Of a stretch of DNA of 64,000 nucleotides, positions 47,893 to 59,430 are shown piece by piece. Both the position numbers and the translations under genes were made by a program. Below the pieces are notes generated by a model, which made no database searches, had not been told where the DNA came from, and saw only the letters and a list, made by a program, of their open reading frames with translations. The stretch's first letter is position 1; each line of letters starts with the position of its first letter. Source of the DNA: an uncultured Candidatus Poseidoniales archaeon (GTDB lineage: Archaea; Thermoplasmatota; Poseidoniia; Poseidoniales; Thalassarchaeaceae); the NCBI GenBank assembly GCA_964343205.1, contig CAYFID010000001.1, forward strand, positions 10,835 through 74,834, read 5' to 3'.

Positions 47893-49128
47893 ATGGGGAT
47901 GAAGGACAGCGATTCGAAAATCCAAGTCCCTGACGCACCATTCAGGCCGGGCGATAAGGCAAGTTTCGAGAACTGGCCATGGAACCCAGGAGACTTAGCA
48001 ATGCCAGACCCAAAAACTTGCAAGTTCCAAGACACAGATGATCTGGCTAACGGACTAGTGCGGGTTTTGGACGATACAGGGGTTGCTTCTGGCGAATGGG
48101 ACCCGAAGCTGAAGGCTGAAGAGCTGCGATCTGGGCTAGAACACATGGTTAGACTGAGGATTTTCGATGACAGGATGATGAAAATGCAGAGGACCGGGCT
48201 CCTATCCTTCTACATGAGGTCATTCGGAGAAGAGGCAGTGGCAATTGCTCAAACCATGGCCCTGGAAGAAGTTGACTGGATATTCCCCACATACAGGCAG
48301 CCTGGTGCGCAGTTCGTAAGGGGGAGAAGCATGGTAAGCATGATTTGCCATTGTATAGGAAACGAAGAGGACAATATCAAGGGGAGGCAAATGCCAGTCC
48401 ATTACTCCTATCGAGAAGGACGCTTCATCTCAGTTTCCAGCCCTGTAGGGACTCAGTTCAGTCAAGCCGTTGGGGTTGCCCTAGCCTCCAAGCACAAAGG
48501 ACTAGACGAAGTCACCATAACTTGGATAGGGGATGGAGCAAGCGCGGAAGGTGACTACCACTATGCCCTCAACTTCGCCAGCGTTTTCAACGCCCCTGTG
48601 ATCCTAAACCTGGTAAACAACCAGTGGGCAATTTCAACGCATGCCAACTTCGCCACTGGAAAAGGGAATTTCGCAACAAGGGGACTCCCATACGGGTTAG
48701 CCTCAATCAGGGTTGATGGGAACGACTTCCTAGCCCTCTACTCAGTTACCAGGTGGGCAAGGGAGAGAGCCTCGGCAGGAGCAGGTGCTACCCATATCGA
48801 AGTTCTAACTTACAGGGCCGGGGCACACAGCAGCAGTGACGACCCTAGCAGATATCGGCCCGGTGACGAGCATACAAAGTGGCCAGGAGGAGACCCAATA
48901 ACTAGGTTGAAGGAACATCTAATCAAATGTGGTGAGTGGAGCGAAGAACAGCATTCGGAACTTGAGGAGAGGATTGACTCAGAGGTTGTTGACGCATACA
49001 AGGAGGCCGTCAAATTTGGAGATCTGGCCAATGGACCTTATCCCTCGGCAGACACCATCTTCACCGAGGTCTATGAAGAAATGCCGTGGCACCTTAGGGA
49101 ACAGCACGATGAGGTAATGGGGGGCTGA
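47893..49128 (+). CDS. bkdA1: Branched-chain 2-oxoacid dehydrogenase E1 alpha
   Basis: N-terminal PFRPGD extension as in proteobacterial BkdA1; GEEA, PTYRQ, GRQMPVHY, TPP motif GDGA...NNQWAIS, HSSSDDPSRYR. Confidence 0.9.
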   Translation: MGMKDSDSKIQVPDAPFRPGDKASFENWPWNPGDLAMPDPKTCKFQDTDDLANGLVRVLDDTGVASGEWDPKLKAEELRSGLEHMVRLRIFDDRMMKMQRTGLLSFYMRSFGEEAVAIAQTMALEEVDWIFPTYRQPGAQFVRGRSMVSMICHCIGNEEDNIKGRQMPVHYSYREGRFISVSSPVGTQFSQAVGVALASKHKGLDEVTITWIGDGASAEGDYHYALNFASVFNAPVILNLVNNQWAISTHANFATGKGNFATRGLPYGLASIRVDGNDFLALYSVTRWARERASAGAGATHIEVLTYRAGAHSSSDDPSRYRPGDEHTKWPGGDPITRLKEHLIKCGEWSEEQHSELEERIDSEVVDAYKEAVKFGDLANGPYPSADTIFTEVYEEMPWHLREQHDEVMGG

Positions 49129-49130
49129 AT

Positions 49131-50141
49131 ATGGCAAACATGAACATGATACAGTCCCTGAACAGTGCACTAGACAATATGCTCGAAAAGGACCCTAATG
49201 TGATAGTCTTCGGAGAGGATGTAGGATACTTCGGCGGAGTCTTCAGAACAACTGACGGGTTACAGGAAAAGCACGGAGACCATCGAGTATTCGACTCCCC
49301 CCTTTCCGAAGGGGGAATAGCCGCAACAGCATTCGGGATGGGATTGAATGGACTTAGACCAGTCGTGGAGATTCAGTTCGCCGACTACATTTTCCCGGCA
49401 TACGACCAGATAGTAAACGAGATGGCAAAGGTCCGGCATCGCTCCGGGGGAGAATACTGGTCTCCTGTGACTCTCAGAACACCTGCAGGAGGCGGAATAA
49501 GGGGTGGCCATCATCACTCCCAATCTCCCGAGTCTCAGTTTACCCATACCCCAGGTCTTAAGGTGGTTTACTGCTCTACACCATACAATGCAAAGGGTTT
49601 GTTGATTAGCTCAATTGAAAGCAATGACCCAGTAGTATTCTTCGAGCCCAAGAGGTGCTACAGGGGACCTTTCTATGGGGATCCGCATAAAGTTCCAACA
49701 TGGGCGGATCACCCCGAGGCGGAGGTCCCAGAGAATCACTTCAGCATCCCGCTTGGGCAGGCAAGACTGGCCATGGAGGGGAATGATTGTACAGTCATTG
49801 CCTGGGGAGCAATGGTCCACGTTTGTGAGCAGACCATAAGGGATAGCGACGTTTCTTGCGATTTGATCGACCTACAAACGCTATTGCCCTGGGATAAGGA
49901 TGCAATTGTCCAGTCTGTAGAAAAGACTGGTAGATGCGTGATAGTCCACGAGGCCCCCAAGACCAGTGGATTCGGGGCCGAGATGGCAGCTTCGATACAG
50001 GAGAGATGCTTCTACCACCTTGAATGCCCGATAGAGAGGGTCACTGGCTGGGACACGCCTTTCCCCCATACTACTGAATGGGATTACATGCCCGGGCCAT
50101 CTAGGATTGCCGCGGCGATACATCGTACACAGGAGGACTAA
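49131..50141 (+). CDS. bkdA2: Branched-chain 2-oxoacid dehydrogenase E1 beta
   Basis: GEDVGYFGGVFR, EIQFADY, GGHHHSQS, DPVVFFEPK, VHEAP, RVTGWDTPFP. Confidence 0.92.
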   Translation: MANMNMIQSLNSALDNMLEKDPNVIVFGEDVGYFGGVFRTTDGLQEKHGDHRVFDSPLSEGGIAATAFGMGLNGLRPVVEIQFADYIFPAYDQIVNEMAKVRHRSGGEYWSPVTLRTPAGGGIRGGHHHSQSPESQFTHTPGLKVVYCSTPYNAKGLLISSIESNDPVVFFEPKRCYRGPFYGDPHKVPTWADHPEAEVPENHFSIPLGQARLAMEGNDCTVIAWGAMVHVCEQTIRDSDVSCDLIDLQTLLPWDKDAIVQSVEKTGRCVIVHEAPKTSGFGAEMAASIQERCFYHLECPIERVTGWDTPFPHTTEWDYMPGPSRIAAAIHRTQED

Positions 50142-50142
50142 G

Positions 50143-51417
50143 ATGGGAAATTTCGTTTTCAAGCTCCCGGACATAGGCGAGGGAGTGGTAGAGGGAGAGG
50201 TGGTTCAATGGCATGTTTCTGTTGGAGATTCTGTGTCTGAGGACGATCCAATTGTGGATGTAATGACGGACAAGGCAACCGTGACAATTCCATCCCCAGT
50301 GAGCGGAGTCGTGAGCTCCTTGAGCGGAGGGGTCGGGGATATGATTGCAGTAGGTTCAACATTATTGGAAATTGACTCCGATGTAGGCCCTTCTGCAGAG
50401 GAAGAAAGAGTAGAAGAGGCGGTTCCCGAGGAAGAAGAGGTTCCAGAGGAAGGGGCGGGGGAGGAGCCCACTGCACCTACTCCAGACCCACAACCAATGA
50501 AGGAAGCTACTCAACGTGTTAAGGACACCACACAGAAGACTTCCGGAAGAGTTCTGGCTAGTCCTGCGGTTAGGAAGCGTGCCAGAGAAGGAGGCGTGGA
50601 CCTGAGCATGGTAAGGGGTTCGGGCCCTGCAAGCAGGATTAGGCACGCGGATCTGGACGCATACATGGCGGCTGACGGTACCGTTTCAGGTGCACCTCCT
50701 GCGGCATATTCTACTAAGAGAACCGATGTTACCCAGGTGAAGGTAGTAGGACTAAGAAGAAGGATCTCAGAGCAGATGTCCCTCAGCAAGAGCAGGATTC
50801 CGCATTTCTCATACTTCGAAGAGGTTGATGTCACCGAGCTAGAATCACTTAGGGGATTATTGAACTCCACTAAGGACGACTCCCAGCCAAAGTTAACTTA
50901 CCTTCCATTCATCATGCTGGCACTTTCCAAGATTTTGCCGGACCATCCCGAATGCAATGCTCATTTCGATGACGATGGGGGAGTTGTAAACAGACATGCA
51001 GCGGTGAACCTAGGAATTGCCACTCAAACCGAAAGAGGGTTGTATGTCCCAGTAGTGAAGCACGTTGAGGCAATGGACATATGGAGGGCTGCTTCGGAAA
51101 TGCAGAGGATCTCAACAGCAGCAAGGGACGGTACTGCGAGCTTGGACGAGCTGACGGGATCGACTCTAACCATCACTAGCCTTGGCAGAGAGGGAGGGCT
51201 TGGTGCAACTCCAATCATTAACCACCCTGAAGTAGCCATCCTAGGAGTACACAAGGCTAGGGAAATGCCCGTGGTTAGGGACGGGCAGATAGTAGTCCGC
51301 AGAATCATGAACCTTTCGAGCGCATTCGACCATAGGGTTGTGGACGGCGCGGACGGTGCTTCACTAATTCAGCACCTAAGGAGGATGCTGGAGAATCCAG
51401 CGCTAATCTTCATGTGA
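50143..51417 (+). CDS. bkdB: Dihydrolipoamide acyltransferase E2
   Basis: KLPDIGEG, lipoyl-Lys motif MTDKAT, E3-binding ASPAVRKRA, catalytic DHRVVDG; GGAGG SD before ATG 50143. Confidence 0.93.
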   Translation: MGNFVFKLPDIGEGVVEGEVVQWHVSVGDSVSEDDPIVDVMTDKATVTIPSPVSGVVSSLSGGVGDMIAVGSTLLEIDSDVGPSAEEERVEEAVPEEEEVPEEGAGEEPTAPTPDPQPMKEATQRVKDTTQKTSGRVLASPAVRKRAREGGVDLSMVRGSGPASRIRHADLDAYMAADGTVSGAPPAAYSTKRTDVTQVKVVGLRRRISEQMSLSKSRIPHFSYFEEVDVTELESLRGLLNSTKDDSQPKLTYLPFIMLALSKILPDHPECNAHFDDDGGVVNRHAAVNLGIATQTERGLYVPVVKHVEAMDIWRAASEMQRISTAARDGTASLDELTGSTLTITSLGREGGLGATPIINHPEVAILGVHKAREMPVVRDGQIVVRRIMNLSSAFDHRVVDGADGASLIQHLRRMLENPALIFM

Positions 51418-51427
51418 GGGACCTGAT

Positions 51428-52864
51428 ATGGGTGAGTCACGAAAGTGCCAAGTTCTGGTAATTGGAGCAGGGCCAGGAGGCTATGTTGCAGGAATAAGGG
51501 CCGCACAGCTAGGTCTCGAGACAATCGTCATCGAGGGCGATAAGGCCGGAGGGACCTGCCTAATCAGAGGTTGCATACCCAGCAAGGCAATTATTCACGC
51601 CGCGGAAAGGTTCGAGTCACTTCGACAGCACTCTGCGGAGGGCGGACATATGGGCCTATCCGTGGACGGAGTTCCAGAAGTTGACATGGCCGCGCTAGTT
51701 TCCTGGAAGGACTCGATAGTAGATAGGCTGAACAAGGGAGTGGAGGGGCTCCTAAAGGCCGCAGGTGCAGAGCTAATCAGTGGATGGGCCAGTTTCGAAG
51801 GGCCAAAGAAGTGCACTGTTGACACAGCAGACGGCAAGGTGAATATAGAGCCGGAGAATATCATTCTGGCCACAGGATCCAGTCACATAGACCTGCCATT
51901 CATGCCCTGCGACGAAGAATTCGTACTCTCGTCGACAGGAGCCTTGGACTTGGACAAGCTGCCCAAGAGTGCGGCTATTGTAGGAGGGGGCTACATAGGC
52001 CTTGAGCTAGGCTGCGCATTGGCCAAACTCGGCACAGAAGTGACAGTTGTGGAGGGTTTGGAGAGCATCCTAGGCATAATGGACAAGGAAATCAGGAGAC
52101 CACTGGAGCTCTGGCTGAAGAAGCATGGGGTCAAGGTCCACACAGAAGCGCTAGCCAGGGGGGCCGAGGTCAAAGGAAAAGGCGCATCCAGGAAGGTAGA
52201 GTTAACATTCGAGAAGGACGGATCTGAACACAAAGTGAAAGTCGACAAGGTACTAGTAACAGTGGGAAGGAAGCCCAACACTAGGGGGTGGGGGTTGGAA
52301 AATACAGGAGTAAGGATGGACACCTCTGGTCGCTTCATCAGGACGGACAGGCAGTGCAGAACCTCTGTGCCCGGAGTCTATGCCATAGGGGATGTAGCGG
52401 GAGAACCGATGCTGGCCCACAAGGCTAGTGCCGAGGGAGAGATGGTTGCGGAGATAATTGCGGGCCACAAGCGCGAATTTGACAAGGTTGCCATTCCAGC
52501 AATTGTATTCACAGAGCCAGAAATAGTGTCTGTTGGGCTTACTCCGGAGGAAGCCCAGGAAAGAGGCGAGGAAGTAATCGTTGGAAAGTTCCCTCTGGCT
52601 GCCAATGGTCGAGCACTTAGCATAGAGGCAGAGAAGACTGGTGGATTCATCCGAGTAACTGCTAGGGAGTCTGACCACGTTATTCTGGGAGTTCAGGCTG
52701 TGGGGAGCCACGTCGCAGAGCTACATGCGGAATTCGTACTGGCCCTTGAAATGGGGGCCCTTCTTGAAGACGTGGCTGGTACTGTACACGCTCACCCGAC
52801 CATGGCAGAGTCATTCCACGAGGGAGTTCTCAAGACCCTCGGGCATGCGATTCACATAAGCTGA
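51428..52864 (+). CDS. lpdA: Dihydrolipoamide dehydrogenase E3
   Basis: GAGPGG, GGTCLIRGCIPSK, GGGYIGLE, GDV, HAHPTMAE. Confidence 0.96.
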   Translation: MGESRKCQVLVIGAGPGGYVAGIRAAQLGLETIVIEGDKAGGTCLIRGCIPSKAIIHAAERFESLRQHSAEGGHMGLSVDGVPEVDMAALVSWKDSIVDRLNKGVEGLLKAAGAELISGWASFEGPKKCTVDTADGKVNIEPENIILATGSSHIDLPFMPCDEEFVLSSTGALDLDKLPKSAAIVGGGYIGLELGCALAKLGTEVTVVEGLESILGIMDKEIRRPLELWLKKHGVKVHTEALARGAEVKGKGASRKVELTFEKDGSEHKVKVDKVLVTVGRKPNTRGWGLENTGVRMDTSGRFIRTDRQCRTSVPGVYAIGDVAGEPMLAHKASAEGEMVAEIIAGHKREFDKVAIPAIVFTEPEIVSVGLTPEEAQERGEEVIVGKFPLAANGRALSIEAEKTGGFIRVTARESDHVILGVQAVGSHVAELHAEFVLALEMGALLEDVAGTVHAHPTMAESFHEGVLKTLGHAIHIS

Positions 52865-52873
52865 GGTGGTTGG

Positions 52874-53544
52874 ATGGGTCGAATCAGAGTCATCGGGTGC
52901 GGAGTCGTTGAACATGGAGAAATGTCTGATAGGATGAAGACACTTCAGCAACAGAGAATCAAAGACCAGATCCCGGACACTCTAATCTTCGTCGAGCATC
53001 CCGAAATAGTAACTATCGGCCCCAAGGCAGAAAGAGAAGGGGTGGTTGTAGATGGATACCCGACTTCGTTGACCGACAGAGGTGGTGGCATAACCTGGCA
53101 CGGTCCGGGCCAGCTAGTTGTGTACCCCATCGTAAAATGGAATGTGGGGGAGCAGAGCGTAAGAGGGGTTATCGAAAGACTAGAAGACTGGTCAATTGAG
53201 GCATTGTCTGATTGCGGAGTTAATGCCTACAAGGACCCCAAAATGCAGGGTGCTTGGGTTGACGGTCACAAGGTCTGCTCAATCGGCCTTTCGTTCCTGC
53301 ACTGGGTGAGTCGGCACGGGATGTCGATCAACATCGACACACCCGGAACAAGGGTGGAGGATTTGGAGGGCTGTGGGATCACTGCCGGAACTCACTCCAG
53401 TCTGGCAAAGCTAGGATACTCGTATGATTCGAATGGGACCATCATAGACCTAGATAGGGTCAAGAAGAGCCTGATTTATTCATGCGAGAAGCACCTCGGA
53501 AGAAAGCCTGAGATGGAAGTTGACTGGACGCCGGAGATGACAGC

Positions 53545-53548
<4 letters not shown>
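52874..53548 (+). CDS. lipB: Octanoyltransferase
   Basis: VEHPEIVTIG, DRGGGITWHGPGQLVVYPI, KVCSIG, SRHGMSIN, catalytic Cys in GCGI. Confidence 0.9.
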
Positions 53549-54735
<1,187 letters not shown>

Positions 54736-54778
54736 AAAAAAGCAACCCTTCAAGGAGTGGACATGTGGCCCTATAGCC

Positions 54779-55360
54779 ATGCCAGAGGCAGTGGTAGCTC
54801 TAACCGGGGCATCCGGATCGAGCTACGCCGTGAGGCTAATTGACTCTCTAATTGATCATGGGTGGTCTGTCAATCTTATCGTAACGAGCAGTGGAGCGAT
54901 TAACTTGGACTTGGAATGCAGCATCACCCCAGAGGAGCTGGCGGCCAAAGAAGGAGTAGTCCTAGAGGACAACAATAATCTCGCTGCCAGAGCCGCATCA
55001 GGGTCGGCAAGATTCGACGCCTACGTGATTTGTCCGGCCAGTGGGACCACCATAGGAAAGATTGCTGCTGGCATAAGTGACAATCTTGCAACTAGGAGTG
55101 CCCTAGTCGCAATGAAGGAGAGGAGGAAACTGATCCTAATCCCCAGAGAGGCCCCTTACTCCACGCCCCATCTAAAGGCGATGGCTAATCTCTCAGAATG
55201 GGGGGTAGTCATACTCCCAGCTAGTCCTGGCTTCTACCATTCACCTGAAACCATAGGGGACATGATTGACTTCGTCGTGGCAAGGATTCTCGACCAACTA
55301 GGCATAGATCACACACTCGGGAAAAGATGGACGGGTGACGAAGTCCAGTCCAAAGACTGA
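54779..55360 (+). CDS. ubiX: Flavin prenyltransferase
   Basis: ALTGASG, ASGS, CPAS, AAGISDNL, KERRKLILIPREAP, PASPGFY. Confidence 0.93.
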   Translation: MPEAVVALTGASGSSYAVRLIDSLIDHGWSVNLIVTSSGAINLDLECSITPEELAAKEGVVLEDNNNLAARAASGSARFDAYVICPASGTTIGKIAAGISDNLATRSALVAMKERRKLILIPREAPYSTPHLKAMANLSEWGVVILPASPGFYHSPETIGDMIDFVVARILDQLGIDHTLGKRWTGDEVQSKD

Positions 55361-55424
55361 TGCGAAAGATGACTATGACTGGAATGGGTTCAATAGTAGC
55401 GGAAAGAGCTGAATTGCCGATAGC

Positions 55425-57182
55425 ATGACCGAGTGGTCTTCGAAAACAGTTCAGGAACTCAGGGACGAGTTGCGCTCCATGGGCCTGTCAGGATCGGGAA
55501 AAAAGGCCGATTTGGTTGAAAGGCTCCAAGAGAGTGAGGAAGCTAGCATAGCTATAGATGCAGAAATCGTAGAAGAGCCACCCTACGAGGGGGTTTCTGG
55601 TGTGCTGGCTAGGGCTAGGACATTCGGGATGAGGAATGCAGGAAGGTCTCGGATAAACACGATAGTTGTGGCTGCCATCATCATTATTGGAACGTCTGGA
55701 GGGGGGTTATTGTTCGGGGACGACATAGCAAGATGGATTAGAGGATCTCCGGATTACGAATTAATTGAGTTCGACTCCAACCAGACTAGATCGTTCGCAC
55801 AGGGTCTTGTGGACTTGGGGCATCCGGAGTGGGAAGGAAGGCTATCTGGCACAGTGGAGGAAGAGAACACGGCCCAGTCCATAAAGACCAACTTCTCGAA
55901 CAGCGGATTGCCCTCGATTCTCGACGAGTTTGAGGTGCCTCTGTACTATATGGGGAATCAGTTCGACCTCATGATTTGCCAGCCGGGAAACCTCGGGGGA
56001 ATAATTGGTGGCCCTACCCCATGCTCAATTGCCGACTTGAATAGAGATGAGACGGAATACGCACACAGGGTCGACTATGTCGTCCAGGGATATAGTGGAA
56101 GTGTGAATATACCTGCAAGCAGTAACGTCCAGGTGGTTGATCTTGGAATGGGCAACGAGTCAGAAGAGTGGGGTTCCGCGGGAAATGGAATCGGTCTGGT
56201 TTGGATTATGGATGGGCAGGAAGGTCAGCCTGGAACAGAAAGCAATACAATACTGATGGGAAGGGCCCAGGATAACAGCCTTAGAGGGCTTATCACTATC
56301 AACGCGAGGCAGAACTGTGATGACCTAGTGCAAGACGACTGCGTGCCTTACTCGAAGTCATTGGATATCACGCAGTTTGATGAGAAACCCTACGACATCG
56401 GTTTTGTCATGGTGTCGAAAAGTGTTGGTGAGACCATAGTCGACCAAGTAGTAAACGGGGATGGGATGCTCCAATTCCAAGTAGACGTAGAGAACCAGCA
56501 AGATGGCTACATACACGTCCCATGTGGAATCATCGAGGGTGAAACCGACGAGAAAATCATCATCGGGGCACATCATGACACTGTGTACAACGGACAAGGC
56601 GCTGTCGACAACACAGCAGGAACTGCCACGGTCCAAGAGATGGCTCGGCAGATGGCCCTTGTTAAGACGGAGCTTGGCGAGCCTAAGCTGACGATCTACT
56701 TCTGCACATGGGGAGGAGAGGAAGAGGGGCTATGGGGCTCTAGTGAATGGGTTCAAAAGTATCAGTCTGACCTTCAAGAGAATCTCAGACTTTACATCAA
56801 TCTAGACATGAACCATGTAGATGCCCAGAGGAACTCAGGCCTCACCCTACAAGGAAACAGCCCGGATGATGTGAGGCACATCGAAGGAATTGTCAGTAAA
56901 TTCTCGAAGGAGCACCCCGATTTGGCAAACAAGTACCCAATCAGCATAAGGCAGTTAGATTCTGAAGAAATGCCATACAACTCGGACCACGCTCCGTTCG
57001 TTTACAACCTATACGAAGGTAGTGAGGATGAAGGGGAATTCGGCAAGGCAATGTTATGCTATGGATCCGGTTCTTCGGAGTACCATACTTACCTGGACAC
57101 GATGGATAGGTTCAACGAAGAGAGCCTGATGGTTTCAGGAATTATCTACGGTTCACTAGTGCGTCACCTTGCATGGGACTAA
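55425..57182 (+). CDS. M28 metallopeptidase with an N-terminal SAP domain, a TM anchor and a PA-like insert
   Basis: SAP: KTVQELRDELRSMGLSGSGKKADLVERL. TM: IVVAAIIIIG. M28 ligands: GAHHDT, GAVDNTAG, GEEEGLWGS, NLDM, SDHAPF, YHTYLDT. Confidence 0.9.
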   Translation: MTEWSSKTVQELRDELRSMGLSGSGKKADLVERLQESEEASIAIDAEIVEEPPYEGVSGVLARARTFGMRNAGRSRINTIVVAAIIIIGTSGGGLLFGDDIARWIRGSPDYELIEFDSNQTRSFAQGLVDLGHPEWEGRLSGTVEEENTAQSIKTNFSNSGLPSILDEFEVPLYYMGNQFDLMICQPGNLGGIIGGPTPCSIADLNRDETEYAHRVDYVVQGYSGSVNIPASSNVQVVDLGMGNESEEWGSAGNGIGLVWIMDGQEGQPGTESNTILMGRAQDNSLRGLITINARQNCDDLVQDDCVPYSKSLDITQFDEKPYDIGFVMVSKSVGETIVDQVVNGDGMLQFQVDVENQQDGYIHVPCGIIEGETDEKIIIGAHHDTVYNGQGAVDNTAGTATVQEMARQMALVKTELGEPKLTIYFCTWGGEEEGLWGSSEWVQKYQSDLQENLRLYINLDMNHVDAQRNSGLTLQGNSPDDVRHIEGIVSKFSKEHPDLANKYPISIRQLDSEEMPYNSDHAPFVYNLYEGSEDEGEFGKAMLCYGSGSSEYHTYLDTMDRFNEESLMVSGIIYGSLVRHLAWD

Positions 57183-57640
57183 GTGGAACAGAACGATACT
57201 ACTGCATCATAATCCGGTTCCATCCCGGGGTTTTCCGCTACCCACGAATAACCTATTGCCCCATCTGGCTCGACTATGAAAACTGCTCTCTGCGAGGCCG
57301 TATATCCTGGAGCCCCAAAGTCGTGAATTGAAAGACCATAGGCCTCTATCGCAGATCTCTGGACGTCGCACAGAAGAGGGAATCCGATGCCCTTGGCATC
57401 TGCGAACTCCTTGTTGGCGAATACGTTGTCAGCAGATATGCCTAGAATCATCGCGTCTGCTTCGTTAAGCACCCCTAACGAGTCAGTAAAGTTGCAAAGC
57501 TCAGTGGAGCAGACTCCAGTGAATGCTGCTGGGTAGAATGCAAGAACGACTCTCTTGCCTATTTCGCTGAGAGTAACCATCGACCTATCTTGGGCAGCCA
57601 TCAGCGTGAAGTCGGGAGCAGCATCTCCTACGGAAACCAT
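57179..57640 (-). CDS. Peroxiredoxin (BCP/AhpE-like)
   Basis: VGDAAPDF, FYPAAFTGVCSTELC (PxxxTxxC), RAVFIV. Confidence 0.92.
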   Translation of the reverse strand: MVSVGDAAPDFTLMAAQDRSMVTLSEIGKRVVLAFYPAAFTGVCSTELCNFTDSLGVLNEADAMILGISADNVFANKEFADAKGIGFPLLCDVQRSAIEAYGLSIHDFGAPGYTASQRAVFIVEPDGAIGYSWVAENPGMEPDYDAVVSFCST

Positions 57641-57680
57641 GATGCGCCGAGAGGTTTCTGATTTTCAAGATGACCTAGTC

Positions 57681-59429
57681 TCACATCCTCTCAGGAGTTC
57701 CAATTCCCAGTAGATTCAAGCCCATTCTTAGTTCCCTGGCAGTCAAGTCGCAAAGAGCTAGTCTTCCCAGTAAGATCTCGGAATCTTCAGAATTAAGGAC
57801 TGGGCAATTCTCGTAAAATGAAGCAAATGAAGAAGCTATGGAGTGCAAATGAGTGCATAGCTTGTGAGGGTTGAATGATGAAATTGAGTCTTCCACGGCA
57901 GACGGGAATTCGACCAGGCTCCTAGAGAGAGCGAGTTCATCAGAATGAGCGACATTGAATCTGGATCCGGAAAGCTCTCGTCGATCCCCGCCCCACCTTC
58001 TGAAAATGCTGCATATTCTTGCATGGGCGTACTGAAGATACGGGGCTGTGTTTCCATCAAATGAAAGCATCCCCTCCCAGTCAAAGATGTAGTCCTTGGT
58101 CCTCTCGGTGGACAAGTCGGCGTATTTCACAGCTCCAATCCCTACGGCCCTTGCAACTTCTGCCCTCTCTTCAGCAACCAAATCTGGATTCTTCTCTTTG
58201 ACGGCATTCTCTGCTCTTTTGACTGCCTCTTGAAGTAGATCATGTAGTTTGACCACCTCCCCCTCTCTGCTCTTCAGTACCTTTCCATCCGTATCTAGTA
58301 CCGAACCGAAATTTACGTGAATTGCTCTATGGGAATCGGACATGAATCCAGCTTGCCGAGCAACTTGGAAAACCATCTCGAAATGTTGCTTCTGGGGAGT
58401 TCCGACCACGTATAGGAATCCATCGCACCCGAGCCTCTCCACCCTGTCGATAATACAGGCTAAGTCAGATGTGCTGTAATTATACCCGCCATCCCCCTTC
58501 CTAATAATCATAGGAAGTGGTTCCCCTTCCCTGTTAACCCAACCTCCCGGGAAGACGACATCTGCGCCTTCGCTATTTTCTAGAATTCCCGCATTAGATA
58601 GCCTTTCTACAACTACCGGTAGAAGTTCTTGGTAGCTTGATTCTCCCATTATATCATCGTCGGTGAGTAGTACGTCTAGAATTGAGTAGACTTCGTTGAA
58701 ATACCTCATTGATTCGTCGACCAGAATCCTCCAGAGTCTCAGAGTCTCGAAGTCACCCCCTTGCAGTTGGACCACTCGATTCCTAGATCTCTCTGCGAAG
58801 GCTGCGTCGGAAACGAACTTGGCTCTAGCTTGTTTGTAGAAAGAGTCCAGGTCCCCCACCCCAAGATCATTGGCTGCTTGGTCCTCGCCTAAATCCAGCA
58901 GGTGCTCGATTAGCATGCCAAATGGAGTACCCCAGTCACCAACATGATTCTCACGAATTACATTGTGTCCCTTGAATTCAAGCATCCTGACAATTGTGTC
59001 GCCAATTACAGTAGACCTGAGGTGTCCGACATGCATCTCTTTGGCGACGTTTGGTGCGGAGTAGTCAACTGCGATGGTTTGGCTGCTTTCTGTTACGACC
59101 CCTATTCTGGGGTCGGAGAATAGTTTGGACAATTGCGTGGATAGCCAAGTTGGTTTTGCCTTAATATTCACGAATCCGCTGATAGAGGAAACGTCTGCGA
59201 TTTCATCAAGCCCACCTTTGACTAGAACGCATATTTCCTCGGCGATCTCTTTGGGCGGCCTATTCAGAATACTGGAAAGTGAGTGGCAGGGAAGAGCCAC
59301 ATCTCCATGGTCCTGGACAGTAGCCTTCCCGATTAGGGGCATCCATTTCGATTCTTTAATCCCTAGAGAGGTCATGGCCTTTGAAAATACTGGCAATGAC
59401 TCCGTGACGAGATTCCTAATCAAAACCAC
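57681..59429 (-). CDS. argS: Arginine-tRNA ligase (bacterial-type)
   Basis: DYSAPNVAKEMHVGHLRS, GDWGTPFG, GESSY, KVLKSREG, GNTAPYLQYAHARI, PERM end. True start may be TTG 59423 after GAGGTG. Confidence 0.97.
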   Translation of the reverse strand: MVLIRNLVTESLPVFSKAMTSLGIKESKWMPLIGKATVQDHGDVALPCHSLSSILNRPPKEIAEEICVLVKGGLDEIADVSSISGFVNIKAKPTWLSTQLSKLFSDPRIGVVTESSQTIAVDYSAPNVAKEMHVGHLRSTVIGDTIVRMLEFKGHNVIRENHVGDWGTPFGMLIEHLLDLGEDQAANDLGVGDLDSFYKQARAKFVSDAAFAERSRNRVVQLQGGDFETLRLWRILVDESMRYFNEVYSILDVLLTDDDIMGESSYQELLPVVVERLSNAGILENSEGADVVFPGGWVNREGEPLPMIIRKGDGGYNYSTSDLACIIDRVERLGCDGFLYVVGTPQKQHFEMVFQVARQAGFMSDSHRAIHVNFGSVLDTDGKVLKSREGEVVKLHDLLQEAVKRAENAVKEKNPDLVAEERAEVARAVGIGAVKYADLSTERTKDYIFDWEGMLSFDGNTAPYLQYAHARICSIFRRWGGDRRELSGSRFNVAHSDELALSRSLVEFPSAVEDSISSFNPHKLCTHLHSIASSFASFYENCPVLNSEDSEILLGRLALCDLTARELRMGLNLLGIGTPERM

Positions 59430-59430
59430 C

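Noticed and set aside
50395..50500. Purine-rich GAAGAG repeats in E2
   Set aside because: The ordinary Glu/Pro-rich flexible linker between the lipoyl and E3-binding domains.
54779..55360. ubiX without an adjacent ubiD as a novel system
   Set aside because: UbiX is commonly unlinked from its UbiD-family clients; this cannot be judged from one window.
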